Of a DNA stretch of 64,000 nucleotides, positions 1 to 13,607 are shown one piece after another. How positions within the stretch are numbered: the first letter of the stretch is position 1; the number at the start of each line of letters is the position of its first letter. Origin of the DNA: Bispira polyomma (lineage: Eukaryota); contig OZ287757.1 of assembly GCA_965649765.1 (NCBI GenBank), positions 55,490,001 to 55,554,000 of the forward strand, written 5' to 3'. Below the pieces are notes generated by a model that worked only from the letters and a program-made list of their open reading frames with translations, had not been told where the DNA came from and searched no databases. A program made the translations under genes and the position numbers.

Positions 1-1893
1 TGTGAGATCTGTCAGGATAAGATCTGTAGATAAGAGCTGGTCATCACTCGGAGACAAAGTATGACTTACACCAATGTAGACGGCAAAACGTACAATGTGA
101 TCCTGAACAAAACCACCAACCAACTCCAGGAGAGTCTAGTGTAAAATGAAATCTAGTAAACCTCTAAATGTCCTTATAGTCTTTGTCTTCCCAAATTACA
201 TGTACTTAAATTCATTCGACCCCCAAGAGAAAACTATCGCTGGAAACTGGAAATATTTCATAAATATGTTACAGATAGTTGGAGTTTAACAATGTTCTAC
301 TGCGGGGAACTGAAGGGAAATATAATCATATTTTGGGGTGTCGATTTAAAGGGTTAAGGTTTATAGGATCAAAACACTGGAATTAATAAAATTCCAAAAT
401 TGTACTTTGCATAAAACCAAATATTATTATTATTATTATGCATTTTTAACGTGCTTTATTGATGCCAGGAATCTTCTAAAGCACAACAGCAGAATCAGTG
501 ATCCAATTGTAAAGTCCATGGACATAGCAAGGTTGTAAGGGATAGAGGGTTAACAGCTGGTTAATCAGCAAGCAACCAAACTGTGTGTTAACTCACCCCA
601 TAGCATCCGGCGGCAAGGGGCGCAACTCCCTTTCATGCTTCATATGGTGAAGGGTGCCGTAGCCATATGGGATATATTAACCAGAAATGGCCCATTTATG
701 CATGTAAGATGTACTTTACTTTAAAATATGAAGTTAGGGTTATTATGCTGAATATATACACCATTTCGATTTAATTTTTAGAAATAATAACATAACCCTA
801 TATAACTTCATATTTAAAAGTAAAGCACACCTCACTCCATATATTAACTCCAATCGCCAATTTGCGGGCCAAATTCCGATCGCCAAATTCTGGGCGAGGT
901 TTTGCAGTCTCTGACTCCTATTTTCTTGTTTATGAATAGACAAACACCAAAAATTCAGTACTAAACTGTTGAGAGTACTTGTCTCAGGATCAATATTGGC
1001 TAACAAGTGGTAGTCTAATGTATGGTAAACGTGGAACACAGTTAGCGTGTGCTTCCTTTCAGCATGTTTTTCTCGCCCGACGTCGAACGATTTTCTTGGT
1101 CATTATTTAATATTACAAAGTGCTTCCTTTCACCATATTTGCTGCAGATCAGATCAGACGTCAGTAGACGTCTGTTGTAGCAACATATTTTTTCGGTCAG
1201 GGAGCAAAAAAATCGGGAGGTCGGTCAGATATATTTTAACAAAACTAGACAAATAGGTATAGCTTTCATCCGATATATACTCAATATTCGTCGGAGATTG
1301 ATGTAGAAAATGGCAAAAGAAAGCCTATTTCACTGTGATTACTGTGGTTTTTTGCATCAAAATCTGTCAAAATATTGTTTCTCAACAGATTTTGGTGGAA
1401 TAAAATCACAATACAATAAGCTTTCTCTTGAATTTGAGTATATATCCAATAAAAGAAAGAGCACCGTTGGCTGGCATCGGATCAGATCCATTCTAATGGG
1501 CTGACATCGGTGTCTGCTGAAAGGAAGCCTAGGCTTACACAAATGGGAGTAGGCAGATCAACGTGTAGACAGTTGAGAGGTGCGGTGGTCAGATTGACAA
1601 GTAAGGTGCAGACAGGTATACATGTATAGGACAAGCAGGTAGACTAAAAAGGAATGAAGTGAATCTGCAGTACGTAGACACTGCATATGGGGCAGACACA
1701 CAGGGTAAACAGGTAGATGGTATACAGGTTAAAAGGTAAATTCATTGTTTCTCTTATTGATCATACGCCAAAGTCATCACATCCCATACTCTAAAGTTTT
1801 GAAAACCACGCCAATGTTATCTTGTTCAAAATTGACTGCACAAGTACAACCAACAAGCACAAGTAACTGTCATTCCTATCCATGAAGACTGAA

Positions 1894-2149
1894 GGGGCCG
1901 CGGTGGCCTAGTGGTTAGCAAGCATTGCGCTTCACAATCACTGGTCTCTCACCTCTGGGTGGCGTGAGTTTGAATCCTGTCGATGCCTATGTGGGAAAGG
2001 TGGTAGTTCCTTACTGTAGGCCGCTGGTTTCATTGCAGAATCTTGACCGACTGTATGCAGTGTTTCCTCCAGCGTTTCCAACTACCCGTCCCAATATAAC
2101 CTACTAAAAGATACTGGAGTGGACGTTAAATATCCAAATTCAAATTCAA
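1894..2149 (+). mobile_element. tRNA-derived SINE, copy 1
   Basis: A box TGGCCTAGTGG, B box GAGTTTGAATCC, 3' (AAATTC)n tail; 15-bp TSD ATCCATGAAGACTGA at 1878 and 2150. Confidence 0.92.
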
Positions 2150-3434
2150 ATCCATGAAGACTGAGGCTTAATGATGGCATCATTTGTCAACGACCCCAAG
2201 GTTCTATATCATTTGTCAGGGGTACAGGACCCACTGACAAAACATACCACCATTTGAAGTGGTCACTATGTATCCGATGGTACCTTGGAAGACCCATGGT
2301 TGGGATTAAACCTTAGTACACTGTGTTGTGTGTCACCCAATAGGTTATGGTGGAAGAATTTATGGAAAATACACACAATATGTTCAACTTATTATTATCA
2401 TATAAAATACTACAGCAATGCAATTGACATTTTCACATATTTTTCAAATCAAATTGTATTTTTAATTGTTACATTTAGACCTTATTTCATAAATTCATAG
2501 ATACAGATATGGTTTTATATACACCACCCAGCTAACTGAACTTCGCCTACATTTGACAGCCTTTTCTATTTAAGACTTTGAGTCACCATTTTTTATTAGT
2601 TCTTTATTCAGGAGTTTATTCAAAGTGTTCCCAACTTTTTTCAATAGTTTACGTTAAATTATACCTGGTAGACCATGTTATGTATAAAAAGGTTTCCTCA
2701 CACATACACCGCTTCAGAGATTCTTTAGGCATAAAATAAGATTTTGTAAATGTGACTTGATTTAATGGGCCCCATGCTTGTGTATATATTTGCATTGGAA
2801 GTTTTTATTGAAATAACACATACATATTTTAGTTTGTTCATCAGTATAAAAGTGGCAAAAGCAATTTCATGATTACAGTAGAAACTCTATTATTCAAACA
2901 CCTTGGGAGAGTTATAATCTGTTCAGATAATAAATTGTTTATACCACGTTCACATATTGGCGACATGGACATGAATTCTGGTACGGACGAGTGATACGGA
3001 AATACTCGGAAACTGCCGGAAAGAAACAAATACTTAGGTGTAATAGGTACAGTAGTACTACAGGAACATTCACCAACAGAATGATGAGGCGGAAGTTTTG
3101 AAACTATCCAAAACTGTCACTTCGCACAGCCGACTGCAGAAGGGTCAGAAAGGAAGCTGAAGTTACAGGAAGTTACATTTACAAGGTGATTTTCAAAATG
3201 TCTTTTATCGCCTTTCAATACTGTTTATAGTGTGAACTTCACTTTACATAATATGAAAGGTACTTCTATTATACAACAGTGCAAAAAATAAAAATTTGAT
3301 AGTGAAATTTTGTTTAAAAATATATAAACTAGCATGTCGTATAATAGAGGTTCTACTGTATTGACTCTGATATTGTTTAGTTCCCAAACAGCCACACACT
3401 ATTTATTTATTGATGAATTTGCCCAAGTAAAAGC

Positions 3435-4704
3435 TACGGAAGAGTATAAGGGCCCACTTTATTTTTTTTGAATTGCCGAGATAATATCTCGATAAATCGA
3501 GATAATTTAGAAGAATTTTTTTTTTTTGAATTGTCGAGATAATATCTTGAGATAATATCTCGCTAAATCGAGACAATTTAAAAAAAAAAAATTTTTTTTT
3601 AATTGTCGAGATAATATCTTGTCGAGATAATTTAGAAGAATTTTTTTTTTTTTGTTGAATTGTCGAGATAATATCTCGATAAATCGAGATAATTAAGAAG
3701 ATTTTTTTTTTGTATATTTTATTTTTCAATGTACAATAGTTGATAGCATGGCGTTTGGGCATTTTAGTAAATTATGTATATAAGGCATTTGTGACACATA
3801 CTACAAATAATCCCTAAAATATAAATGGCAGTTTATTTTAAAAGGTAGCCCATAAGGTTGCCTTAACTAAAACTGCTGAGTTACTAGAAAAGATTCAAGT
3901 AACTTAAACTAAATGTAAGATGACGTTAAGTCTCTTCTTTAATTGTAGTATGCTATAATGGGTAGATGACATTAAGTCATTCTACTTTTCCTAATTAAAG
4001 TTAACCTTAAAAGCATGGTTATTATAGTAATGTCAACCTTAAAGTCATTCACATTATGGTGACTTTAAGTCACCCTTGGTAATTTAAAGTGGTAATTATC
4101 TATAGTTTAGTAAGGTGACCTCAAAGTCACTGTGTTATATATATACTCATGGTTAACTTAATTATGTTAAAGTGGCCCTAACTTCTTGGTCACCTAAAAT
4201 TGTAATTAGTAAATAAAATGACAAATACTGACCAATTTTGTTGAAATAAACTTTTGTTAAAAGCCTGATTAACTACTTTTGACCCTAACTATGACTGTTT
4301 GTGTCTTGCCCTGATTAGCTACTTTTGACCCCATGACTGTTTACTGATTAACTACTTTGGATCTCTGTGACTGTTTGCTGATAAACTTTGACCCGATGAT
4401 TGTTTGTGCCCTTTTTCATGTTGGCTGTTCAGTTGGCCACTCACACACCTTCCTTCCCCAGTGGATAATTATTATGGTGACAATTAAAAAAAAAATTCTT
4501 TTTAATTATCTCGATTTATCAAGATATTATCTCGACAATTAAAAAAAATAAAAAATTTCAAAATTATCTCTATTTATCGAGATATTATCTCGACAATTCC
4601 CCCCAAAAAAAAAATAAAATTTTTTTTCCTAATTTATCTTGATTTATCGAGATACTATCTTGACAATTCAAAATAAAAAAAGTTGGCCCTTATACTCTTC
4701 CGTA
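3435..4704. mobile_element. Non-autonomous DNA transposon with long repetitive (foldback-like) TIRs
   Basis: TACGGAAGAGTATAAGGGCC ... GGCCCTTATACTCTTCCGTA; arms made of GAGATAATATCTCGATAAATC units; flanks AAAAGC / AGAAGC. Confidence 0.85.
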
Positions 4705-7700
4705 AGAAGCATTACAATCTATTAATTTAATCCCAGTTGTAAATATTAATCTGTATTGCCCACAGCAACCTTTTCCCTACAGGCCACACCATTGGTATAT
4801 GCCACACAGAGAAACCAACCAATGACACAATAGCATAGTTATATACTTATTCAAATGGCCCGGAGAAAAATATTCTGCTAAAAAAAATAAAACTTTTCTT
4901 TGGATGGGTATCTTATTTTGGTAAATACAATAAGTAGCAGATACACACATTAAAAGCAAAGCAACAATTGATTTTTCCAGTAGAACAAGTAAAACAACAG
5001 CAAAACTCAATTCATGGACCAAATATCAACCATGTAAATTTTTAAAATAAAGGTGAGATAGTTGTTAAAATCCTATTTATAAATGAAAAAGTTGTTATTT
5101 AAAAAATAAAATAATAAAATTCTAAAATGAAGTTTTCCGGCAATTATTATGTACTGGTATACCAAATTGGTTTTAATGATTAAAACATATATTTTAAAAC
5201 TCACTAATTGCCCTTAGTTCCATCCTTGTACTACCCCTCTTTCCTTCCAACTGTGGCATTGTTTTTTTGACTTCGCGACTGGTTAATTAACTTTGTTGTT
5301 GAGCTTTAGAAGATGCCTCATATAAATAAGACACATTAAAAATGCAAAATACAATATAATACTAAATAATCCTTGCCCATCTACACATGGATGACAATAT
5401 ACCAACAGTTAAGACCCCCCCTGAAAATAAAATGTCATAAAGCACTTCACAAAAGGCTATCACTATTTTGCCCCTTGGTATGAACGTTACACTTTTAATG
5501 CCCCCTCATATAGATATGATAAGATATACATCATCGAATTAAAGGTGGATCTTTAGTAATGCACATTTTAGAATCTGATGTTGTCAACATTACATTGCCG
5601 AACACTTAATAATTCAGAGCTTTAAGCATGTATTCTGTATAAAATAGTAGAACATTTAATATTTTTTTCACAAATGAGATATAGATTTAAAATCTAATTA
5701 CTGGTGAAGTAAGAGTTAACTAACATTAAATGTAGTACTATGTAATATTCACTTTTTACATAAACAAACATGGAGATCATAACTAATTTATAAATTACAG
5801 TCCAGCTCAGGTTGAATTTTTCCAAATTCTAATGGCAAGTAAGCAAAATAAAAACATAAATAAACAGGTGAAATCCTCTTCCCTTGAATCTCCGGAATCA
5901 TAGGTTGTAAATTTGTCCCCAGTTTACATTGTTACTGAGTTGGCAATAGACCCACTGAAGCCCAGAGGCTTATACTAGGTTTATCCAGAAATCTGCTCCA
6001 GGTACACTGTACACACATGTTTCTTTACTAGTAACCTTCCCCATGTGTTATAATATTGTTATTGAAAGTCACACCAAGCCAAACTCAAGCTCCTGTTTTT
6101 AGCGTCCAATAAGAGTGTCATTCTGTCATTATTAAGTCATTATTAATCAATGTATTAAGTATATGTTGTCTTAGCAAATATTGATATAATTTTAGAATAA
6201 AGACTGTTTGTTTAGCTCCAAAATGTGTGAAAAAAATTTACCCAATGGGTGTCTACCATGGCCTGATTTAATAAATATGCATAAATTTGCATAATGTGAT
6301 CTTTTTATTGTTACATTTTTCTGCTAATACAATCCTAGCCTACAAAAATATGTCGATGTCTGTTGTTGTATCAGATCTTATGGCAAAAAGGTATTACATA
6401 AACAAATCGGTAAAGAGTTTTTATATTTCTATATGTGGCTCCTTATGCCATGGTCACACTGGCCTTATGTTTCGACTATGCACAAAAAGTGGCTAAAATA
6501 TCACATGTAAGTGAAACGTAAGCATCTTCATAGTGAACACAGTGTGCTTAAGTTAGCGTAAGCATGCATGAATAAGATCATAATTTTAATGTCATAATTT
6601 TGCGCTGCACATTTTTTAAGCTGTTTTTTTACCAAAACGGTTGGTGCGTTCGCAAGTTATGTATGACACATATTCAATGCATATGTGACTTAATGCGGCA
6701 ATAAGGCGTACTATACATCCAAATAATATTTAAAACGAGGAGAGCAAGATCGAAATGTGTTTAATAACGTGGCTAACTGATTTTAAAACGTGGCCAACGG
6801 CACAAACATAATTGAAACGGCTAATAAAATGTGTTGAATGCATGTACAAACGTGTACAGAACATGTACAAAATGACCCATACATTGATTTTTTTTGTCAC
6901 TTTGTTTATTTGTGTTTTCTTAAGTTTGAAACGAAGTAAACATAAACACGAATGTGCTCAGTGTGACCACATCATTAGATTCTGTAATTAATTACCATTA
7001 AGACGGTCAGACCAGATTCTGATCCAGCATTCTCGAACAGTCATTTGGTACTGTGTAAGGTCCTAAATGAAGAAAAAATTACATTGAATATTTTAAACTA
7101 TAAATTGTCGGGAAAAGAGGCAAATATTATAGATATTTCAACCTTTTATTGATGATGAATTATAAATTTAAAGATACTAACATATACTCTGATCTTGTGA
7201 ATCCATTAGTCTGTCAGCTGACGTATTGTAGAAATTGATCCAGAATAGATTTTGCTCAATGCTACGTGGATTTTGACATCAGTGTTATTGTGTCATGTAA
7301 CTCCCTTCTTATGGATCAGTATCATATCTCGTAGTGCCCTTTTTTGTCAGTCTTCTTTAGAATAAGAAAGGAGCTAAATTTAAATAAATATAATGAATCA
7401 GCTAAAACAGTGGCTCACTCTAGAACACAGTTATTTTAAATGACAATTTTTGACTGCCTAGGTTAACAGTAACTACTGAACCATCATCTTTACTTTGGTA
7501 TTAGAACAAACAAATGAACTCAAAACCATGAAATGTAAAATCTTATATTGCATATCTGTAAATCAAGGTTTTGATAATATTTTTAAAAAGTCAGTGTAAA
7601 TTACTGTTTTGCATATTGTTTACACATACAAACTGTGTAAAATGACCTTTTTAAGAGGTGGTGGTCATCAAAGAAGATCACAGCAAAGCAATTATTTCCT

Positions 7701-7852
7701 TAAGGATAACATCACATGATACTTCAAATACTAATAAATGTGGACTTATAGTCACTTGTGTTTTTTTGGGAAAAGCGATACCTCAGTCCAAAGTTAATGC
7801 ATATTCGTTATTATTCATAGCAGAATACATAATTTGATAGCTTCCGTTACAG

Positions 7853-10800
7853 GTAACAGGAAATACATTCCATCGAAGCACTGATGTGATTGGTTCTTAT
7901 GTGTCTCCTGATGATGTCATCACCCTAGATGGTGTTCCTAGAAATGTAATTGTAATCAATGGTCAGTTTCCGGGGCCAGCCATTGAGGTCATGGAGGGAT
8001 CTCAAGTGAGGAATACACTGTATATGTTAATGTTTAATTTCCATATCACTACAATCAATGTTCAGGCATACTCAGTGGCATGCATTCTAATCAAAGTACA
8101 AAGAGGATAGTCCTACTACATAGCATTGGATGTAATTAGTAGTAGGCAACCGCAGGTTCACATCTCACCCAAGGATGTTATCCCACAATGACTATTATGA
8201 AATTACCATGAGTCAAACTAGGAACCTTTTGATCACCAAATCAACTCCCCAGCCTGGCGGCCAGACCACAGAAGAATTAAAGGCATGCATTGGATAGTTT
8301 TGTATTGTGGACATTTATCATGCTTTAGTATACCCAGACATCTTTTAAAATGCAACATCAGGATTGATAAACCAATAATCAAGACTCTAATGCATTATCA
8401 ACTGTTTGTCAATTACTTAAAACTCCTTAACCATTCCGTAATGAAATACCATGAATCAAGTCACATCTGCACTCTAAAGAAAGTAGTTAAATGTTTTTTT
8501 CATCTTGCTCTGGCAAAAAATGTATATTCCTTGTTTTTTGGATTTACATTAGTAAGACAAATATATATCTCTATTCATGCACATTATCATTAATGATACC
8601 AATAAGAGAACTTAAAAGCATGACATACTAATCATAGGCAAAATTCATAAGAAAGGCAGAGTGTACCACCAAAGTCATCCACAACAAGATTACCATTAAA
8701 CCAGTGAAAAATGATAACTATTTTACAAAGGCTTAGTTCGAAAGATGGGACTGAGAGAGATTGGCAAAAGCTCTTTGCAGTCCTGAAGAAAGGAGCCATA
8801 TATATAGATGCTAATTTGTCGAAACGGCTACTATATGGATAGCTGGATGTTTTCTTTTGTAACCCGGGGTACAAATGCTATCAAGGATTATGATGCAAGT
8901 TTGAGGTAAACGGGCCAAACTTTATTGTTTGGTAGCAGAGAGGTGCACTTTCAAATGATTCTGTACCCAACACAGTAACCAGTGGAGTTTATTTAGTAAT
9001 TATGTTTACTCTTATATATTTGTAGTTACAAAGGATTACTATTATTTAAGGTAACAGTTCATTTTGAGTGCCATTAGAAATGTTACTTCTGTTGTTACTA
9101 TAAAATAATGGTGAAATAAGAGTAAGGAAAGTGCCATAGTAAAAGCCTGGTGTTTTATGGTTAAATACAGTTTAGTTATCATTATTTAGGTGGAAGTCAC
9201 TGTCACAAACAAGTTGGTCATGGATGCAGTGTCCATACACTGGCATGGTATGCACATGCAAAACAATGGCTGGATGGATGGAGTTGCCTATATCACACAG
9301 GTACATATATACAAATAGATATACATATATTATTCTTATGTTAAATACCATTAATATCAGTCGACATCTATTTAAAATTACAGATTAGTAAAACAGATGG
9401 TAAGATAATAGTTGTTTCATAGTTTCAATCAATATAAAACATATCCATTTATTTTGCAATATTAACCATAACCCTCTTGTATTGCACTGCACACTAAAAA
9501 TTGTTTAGCAGATCCAATAATGCTGGCCATCAGACTTGATTCTTTTAAATTATGATTTAATGGATCACCCAAATTAGTAACATCTCTGTATTTCAGTGTC
9601 CCATTGTGCGTGAAAAATCCTTTACGTACCAATTTATTGCCAGTCCTGCAGGCACACACTGGTACCATGCTCATCTATCCAATCAGAGACTAGACGGATT
9701 ATATGGGGCTCTTATTGTACACAAACAGACACCAGACGTGCGATATTATGTTATGATGCTACATGACTGGAACCATGCTGATAGCGAAACAATACTGGTT
9801 AAATAGCACTCTTTATTATTAATTACATACGAAGTAGTAAAACAATGGAAACGGTTCTGTACAATTAAGTGAAATGACAAAGCAAGCACTATTTTGATTT
9901 TTAGTTAGATTAGCAATCAATCCTATTTATATAAACAAGCACTTGCAATGCTATAAAAAGTTTAAATCATCTCTCATTAATATCATTTAATGTATTTATT
10001 TTTAGCTGACAGATCCATATTATGGAAATCCTGTGGGTTCTGGAGAGACATTCACACACCCATTTAATAAACACGCCTCTGTAGATGGTAATTCACTCGC
10101 CGCTCAGTCTTATGTAAGTACTATCATAAATGGCCGTGGTAGATATAACAATTTGGATATGTACCCATTGACGGAATTTGAGGTTACTCAAGGGCGCATG
10201 TACCACTTCCGTATAATTCACACTGGAGGTGAATATGCCTATGAAGTGAAGGTAGATCATCACAAACTGTCAGTTGTTTCCTCTGATGGGTTTGATATGA
10301 AACCCCTTGCTGTAGATACCTTCATTATCTTTCCAGGAGAAAGTTTTGATGTGGAATTACATGCAAATCAAAGCATAGGAAGGTATCACATGAGAGCTGA
10401 GGTAATTAGGTATGGAATTGGACTAGACCCCCAACAAGATAATGTGATCATTGGTGTACATAGTACATTGGTTTATGAGACAGCAAATGACTTGGTGGCT
10501 GGACAAAGGAGAAATTGTACTGCAGATAATCGATGTCTGGTATTTAACTGTCCCTTCAGAGGATATCCAACTCACTTGTACACAGATTGTTTATCTTTCA
10601 ATGAGGCTAAATCTAATGACATTGACACTGCAGAAAAGTTTGGGACCATGGACACTGAATATTAGGAATTTTTCTTTAACTGGGGCTTTCCAATTGGAAG
10701 CTCTGTGAATGCTAGAAAATTTGTTCAGCCCACAGCACCACTTATTGGTAAATATCTTTACTATAGTTGATAATATTTGTAGTTTTCATGGTGACTTGCA

Positions 10801-13607
10801 AGACATCTTGGTAACATATATAGTGTAGTCTAATGCTATAAACAGTTGAATTGTGTATTAAAATTTAAAAAAGTTGAACAAAAACATCTAGCTAAATTTA
10901 GGAATCCTCTGAGAATGTGTGTTTAGCATATTTATAATATCTCAAACAATAACATAAATCATTTCAGTATAACGTAGTAGAATGTAAAATAATTTAAAAT
11001 GTCTTAATAGATTTCTTGCCACAACTAGGTAATTTTGATGAACATGTAGTTCCATGCGACGAGGAAGCTTGTAAAACAGGATGTGTATGTACACATATAA
11101 CGAATCTACCATTCAACAAAACCATCCAAATGGTGCTCCTCTCGTACCTGCCATTTTCTAAACTTGTTGGACACCACAGCATACATCTCCACGGCCACAA
11201 TTTTGCAGTACTAAAGGTGGGCTTTCCCGACTTCAACCAGACCACTGGAAGATGGGTTGCCCAAAATGATGATATCCAGTGTGACACTGATCGATACTGT
11301 GCAAAGGCTTCCTGGACCGATGCTCTTGTCCCCGAGCTAAATGTGGACAAGCCCCCAGTGAAGGATACTATAACAGTCCCTTCCAGGGGCTATGTGGTCT
11401 TTAGGTTTAAAACCTTGAACCCAGGGTACTGGTAATTCCATTGTCACACATCAAATCACCTCATTGGAGGAATGGCCTTGACCTTGAATGAAGCAGAGAG
11501 ACACCACCCGGATGTTCCACCTAATTTTCCTGAATGTAAAAATTTCCAATGGGATTCTGAGGTAGGACTTGTTATGTGTATGCATCAACTTTTACATCAT
11601 ACATTTAAACCCTTTTGGTAGAATGTCTGTCAAAGCATAAATATAGTAGACATGTAAAATTCCTTTAGTATGTTTTAACACAAATATCTTACTATATGGC
11701 GTACATTTAAAACAAGGTAGTGCTTGCATGAAGGGTTGAAGTGATGTAATAAAGAGGAACTGATTTCTTCATAGTCATTATTTTTTTGTGCATTTACAGT
11801 GATCCATGAAATGTGTATAATTGTTTTATACATATATAGGCCCTCATATTGTAGCATTTCAGAACTTATATATGTTTATTATACCCTCAAAAGTGGAACC
11901 ATTTGATATACATGGTAGTGGTTGCCAGAGGACTGTCCGAAGTGTATGGACGCTTCCTCATAATATGACAATGGTTTACCTTCATTTCTGATGTGATGAT
12001 CTGCACATGAATTATTAAAGATACCTCAGAACTAAGATATAAGGGCCAATCTAACTTCAGTCACCGCTCACTTCCTGTGTAATATTGAAATCAACTATAA
12101 CATACAAGAAATCTTTGGCAATGTATTTTGATGCAAAAATGGTTTGAATCCTGTTCATCTGTGTCTGTGGTAAAGTTTGTCAGTGCCTCAGCACTTGTAT
12201 CTTTCACCCTTAAATCTGGCCGTGGCAAAACATGGATGAAAATATATTTGTGTGTTGTACAGCTTAGTTCATATCACAACAGCCAGAATTAATAGTGGAA
12301 GAATCCTGTGCTGTAGCACGGTAAATCACCAACCTAGTATTGATTCAGTCAGACATAAAATAAAAATTTTCTAGGCATGTATCTACAAATGCTCTGTTGC
12401 AGGGTTTTCAGCAATATTCCTCCATAAAATGATTGCCTAAATGAATCTTTAAATGTTGAATTACAGGATTTTCAGCAATACCTGAAGCAAGGGTCTATGC
12501 CATCGGTGAAATCAACTGACCCAACAAGGACAAGTTCAGTCCAGACTGACACACCAGAAATTAAAACTAGGAATATGACTTCAGTAAGCTGGAACAGTGT
12601 CTACTGATCACAGGTTAGACAAAATATGTGAACAGTTAAATACACAGATGCCATTTAAATTAATTCTCTAATTTAGCACATTTATTTATCCATCTGGCAA
12701 TCAAAGCACTACTGAACCTTCTTGTGACTGTCAACCAGCAACAGTAAATGACACTCTCCTAACTAAAGAGAGATGCTTGAGAATGACACCACCGACCATT
12801 TGGACCACAATGGCCTATTGGTTATACACATCTGCTTTAAAGTCACTGGCCTTTCACCTTTTGGGATACTTGCGGTAGGTCCGTGGTTTACAGTGCTTCA
12901 GCAATTGTTTTCCCAACCACTAAACCTAGTCATTGCAATATCACAAAAGCTGTTGAAAGCGAGGTAAAACCCAAAGAAATTCAAATTGACCAATGTCCCA
13001 AGTTTCTGTATCCTGCCACCGAGATAGTGATCATCTGAGTCCCTATGTATGTGCCTATAACTGGAATACAGGTCCCGATTAGATCAAATATATAAAATAA
13101 ATACATAGTACATAATGTATTAGAATGTACTGCTGGCCAGGTGCTTGCTGTAGGGTCAGTGGATTCCAGCACTAATCATACTGCTTTACCCTTTCTTTAC
13201 TATATGATGACCCCAGATGTTGAATGTGAAGAACATCACAAATAAAAACTGCAGTTGTCTGTTAACAAAAAGACATCAGCGCACAGTGTAACTAGCACAC
13301 ACAACTCAAACGTTTTACACTCAGGTCCGATTGACACCCCTACAAATGTAGATCTGACAACCCTCCGTTTGGCCAGGTCGATTGCTTCCAACCAATCTAT
13401 GAAGACTTTACAGAGTGAAAACAATAGCAGGTGTTTACCATTTTTGTTGTTCTCTTTGTTTTCTTAACAGAACACAAGGTGACAATTGACTTGAATGTAT
13501 TTATTGGTGCTATGGTTGGACTTGTAGCACTGGTTGGATTCCTGGCTGCAATACCGTTACTTTGTTTTGCATGCTGCACCAAGGCCAGGCAATACAACAT
13601 GAAGTAA
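7853..13607 (+). pseudogene. Spliced multicopper oxidase (laccase-like), probably membrane-anchored, with two in-frame stops; 5' exons not located
   Basis: GT-AG exons in compatible phase: 7853-8005 (INGQFPGPAIEV), 9190-9300 (SIHWHG...DGVAYITQ), 9597-9797 (CPI...GTHWYHAH), 10006-10747, 11011-11561 (HSIHLHGH; GYW*FHCHTSNHLIGGM), 12467-12583 (Ser/Thr-rich), and a last exon from 13471 with a hydrophobic helix. Stops: TAG 10663-10665 and TAA 11433-11435. Splicing between 12583 and 13471 is not resolved. Confidence 0.9.

Noticed and set aside
1-143. Possible terminal exon at the window start (ELVITRRQSMTYTNVDGK...)
   Set aside because: An in-frame stop precedes it and there is no upstream context in the window.
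1894-1985. tRNA gene
   Set aside because: A/B boxes are present, but there is no canonical cloverleaf and the sequence continues into a repeated SINE body with TSDs.
743-6496. Short ORFs of 60-120 aa here and across the window
   Set aside because: Low-complexity translations of AT-rich intergenic DNA, repeats or antisense strands of real ORFs.
10663-11435. Laccase stops caused by the neighbouring deaminase, or an alternative genetic code
   Set aside because: Ancestral codons are unknown and two sites cannot establish a signature. TAA/TAG terminate other ORFs normally.
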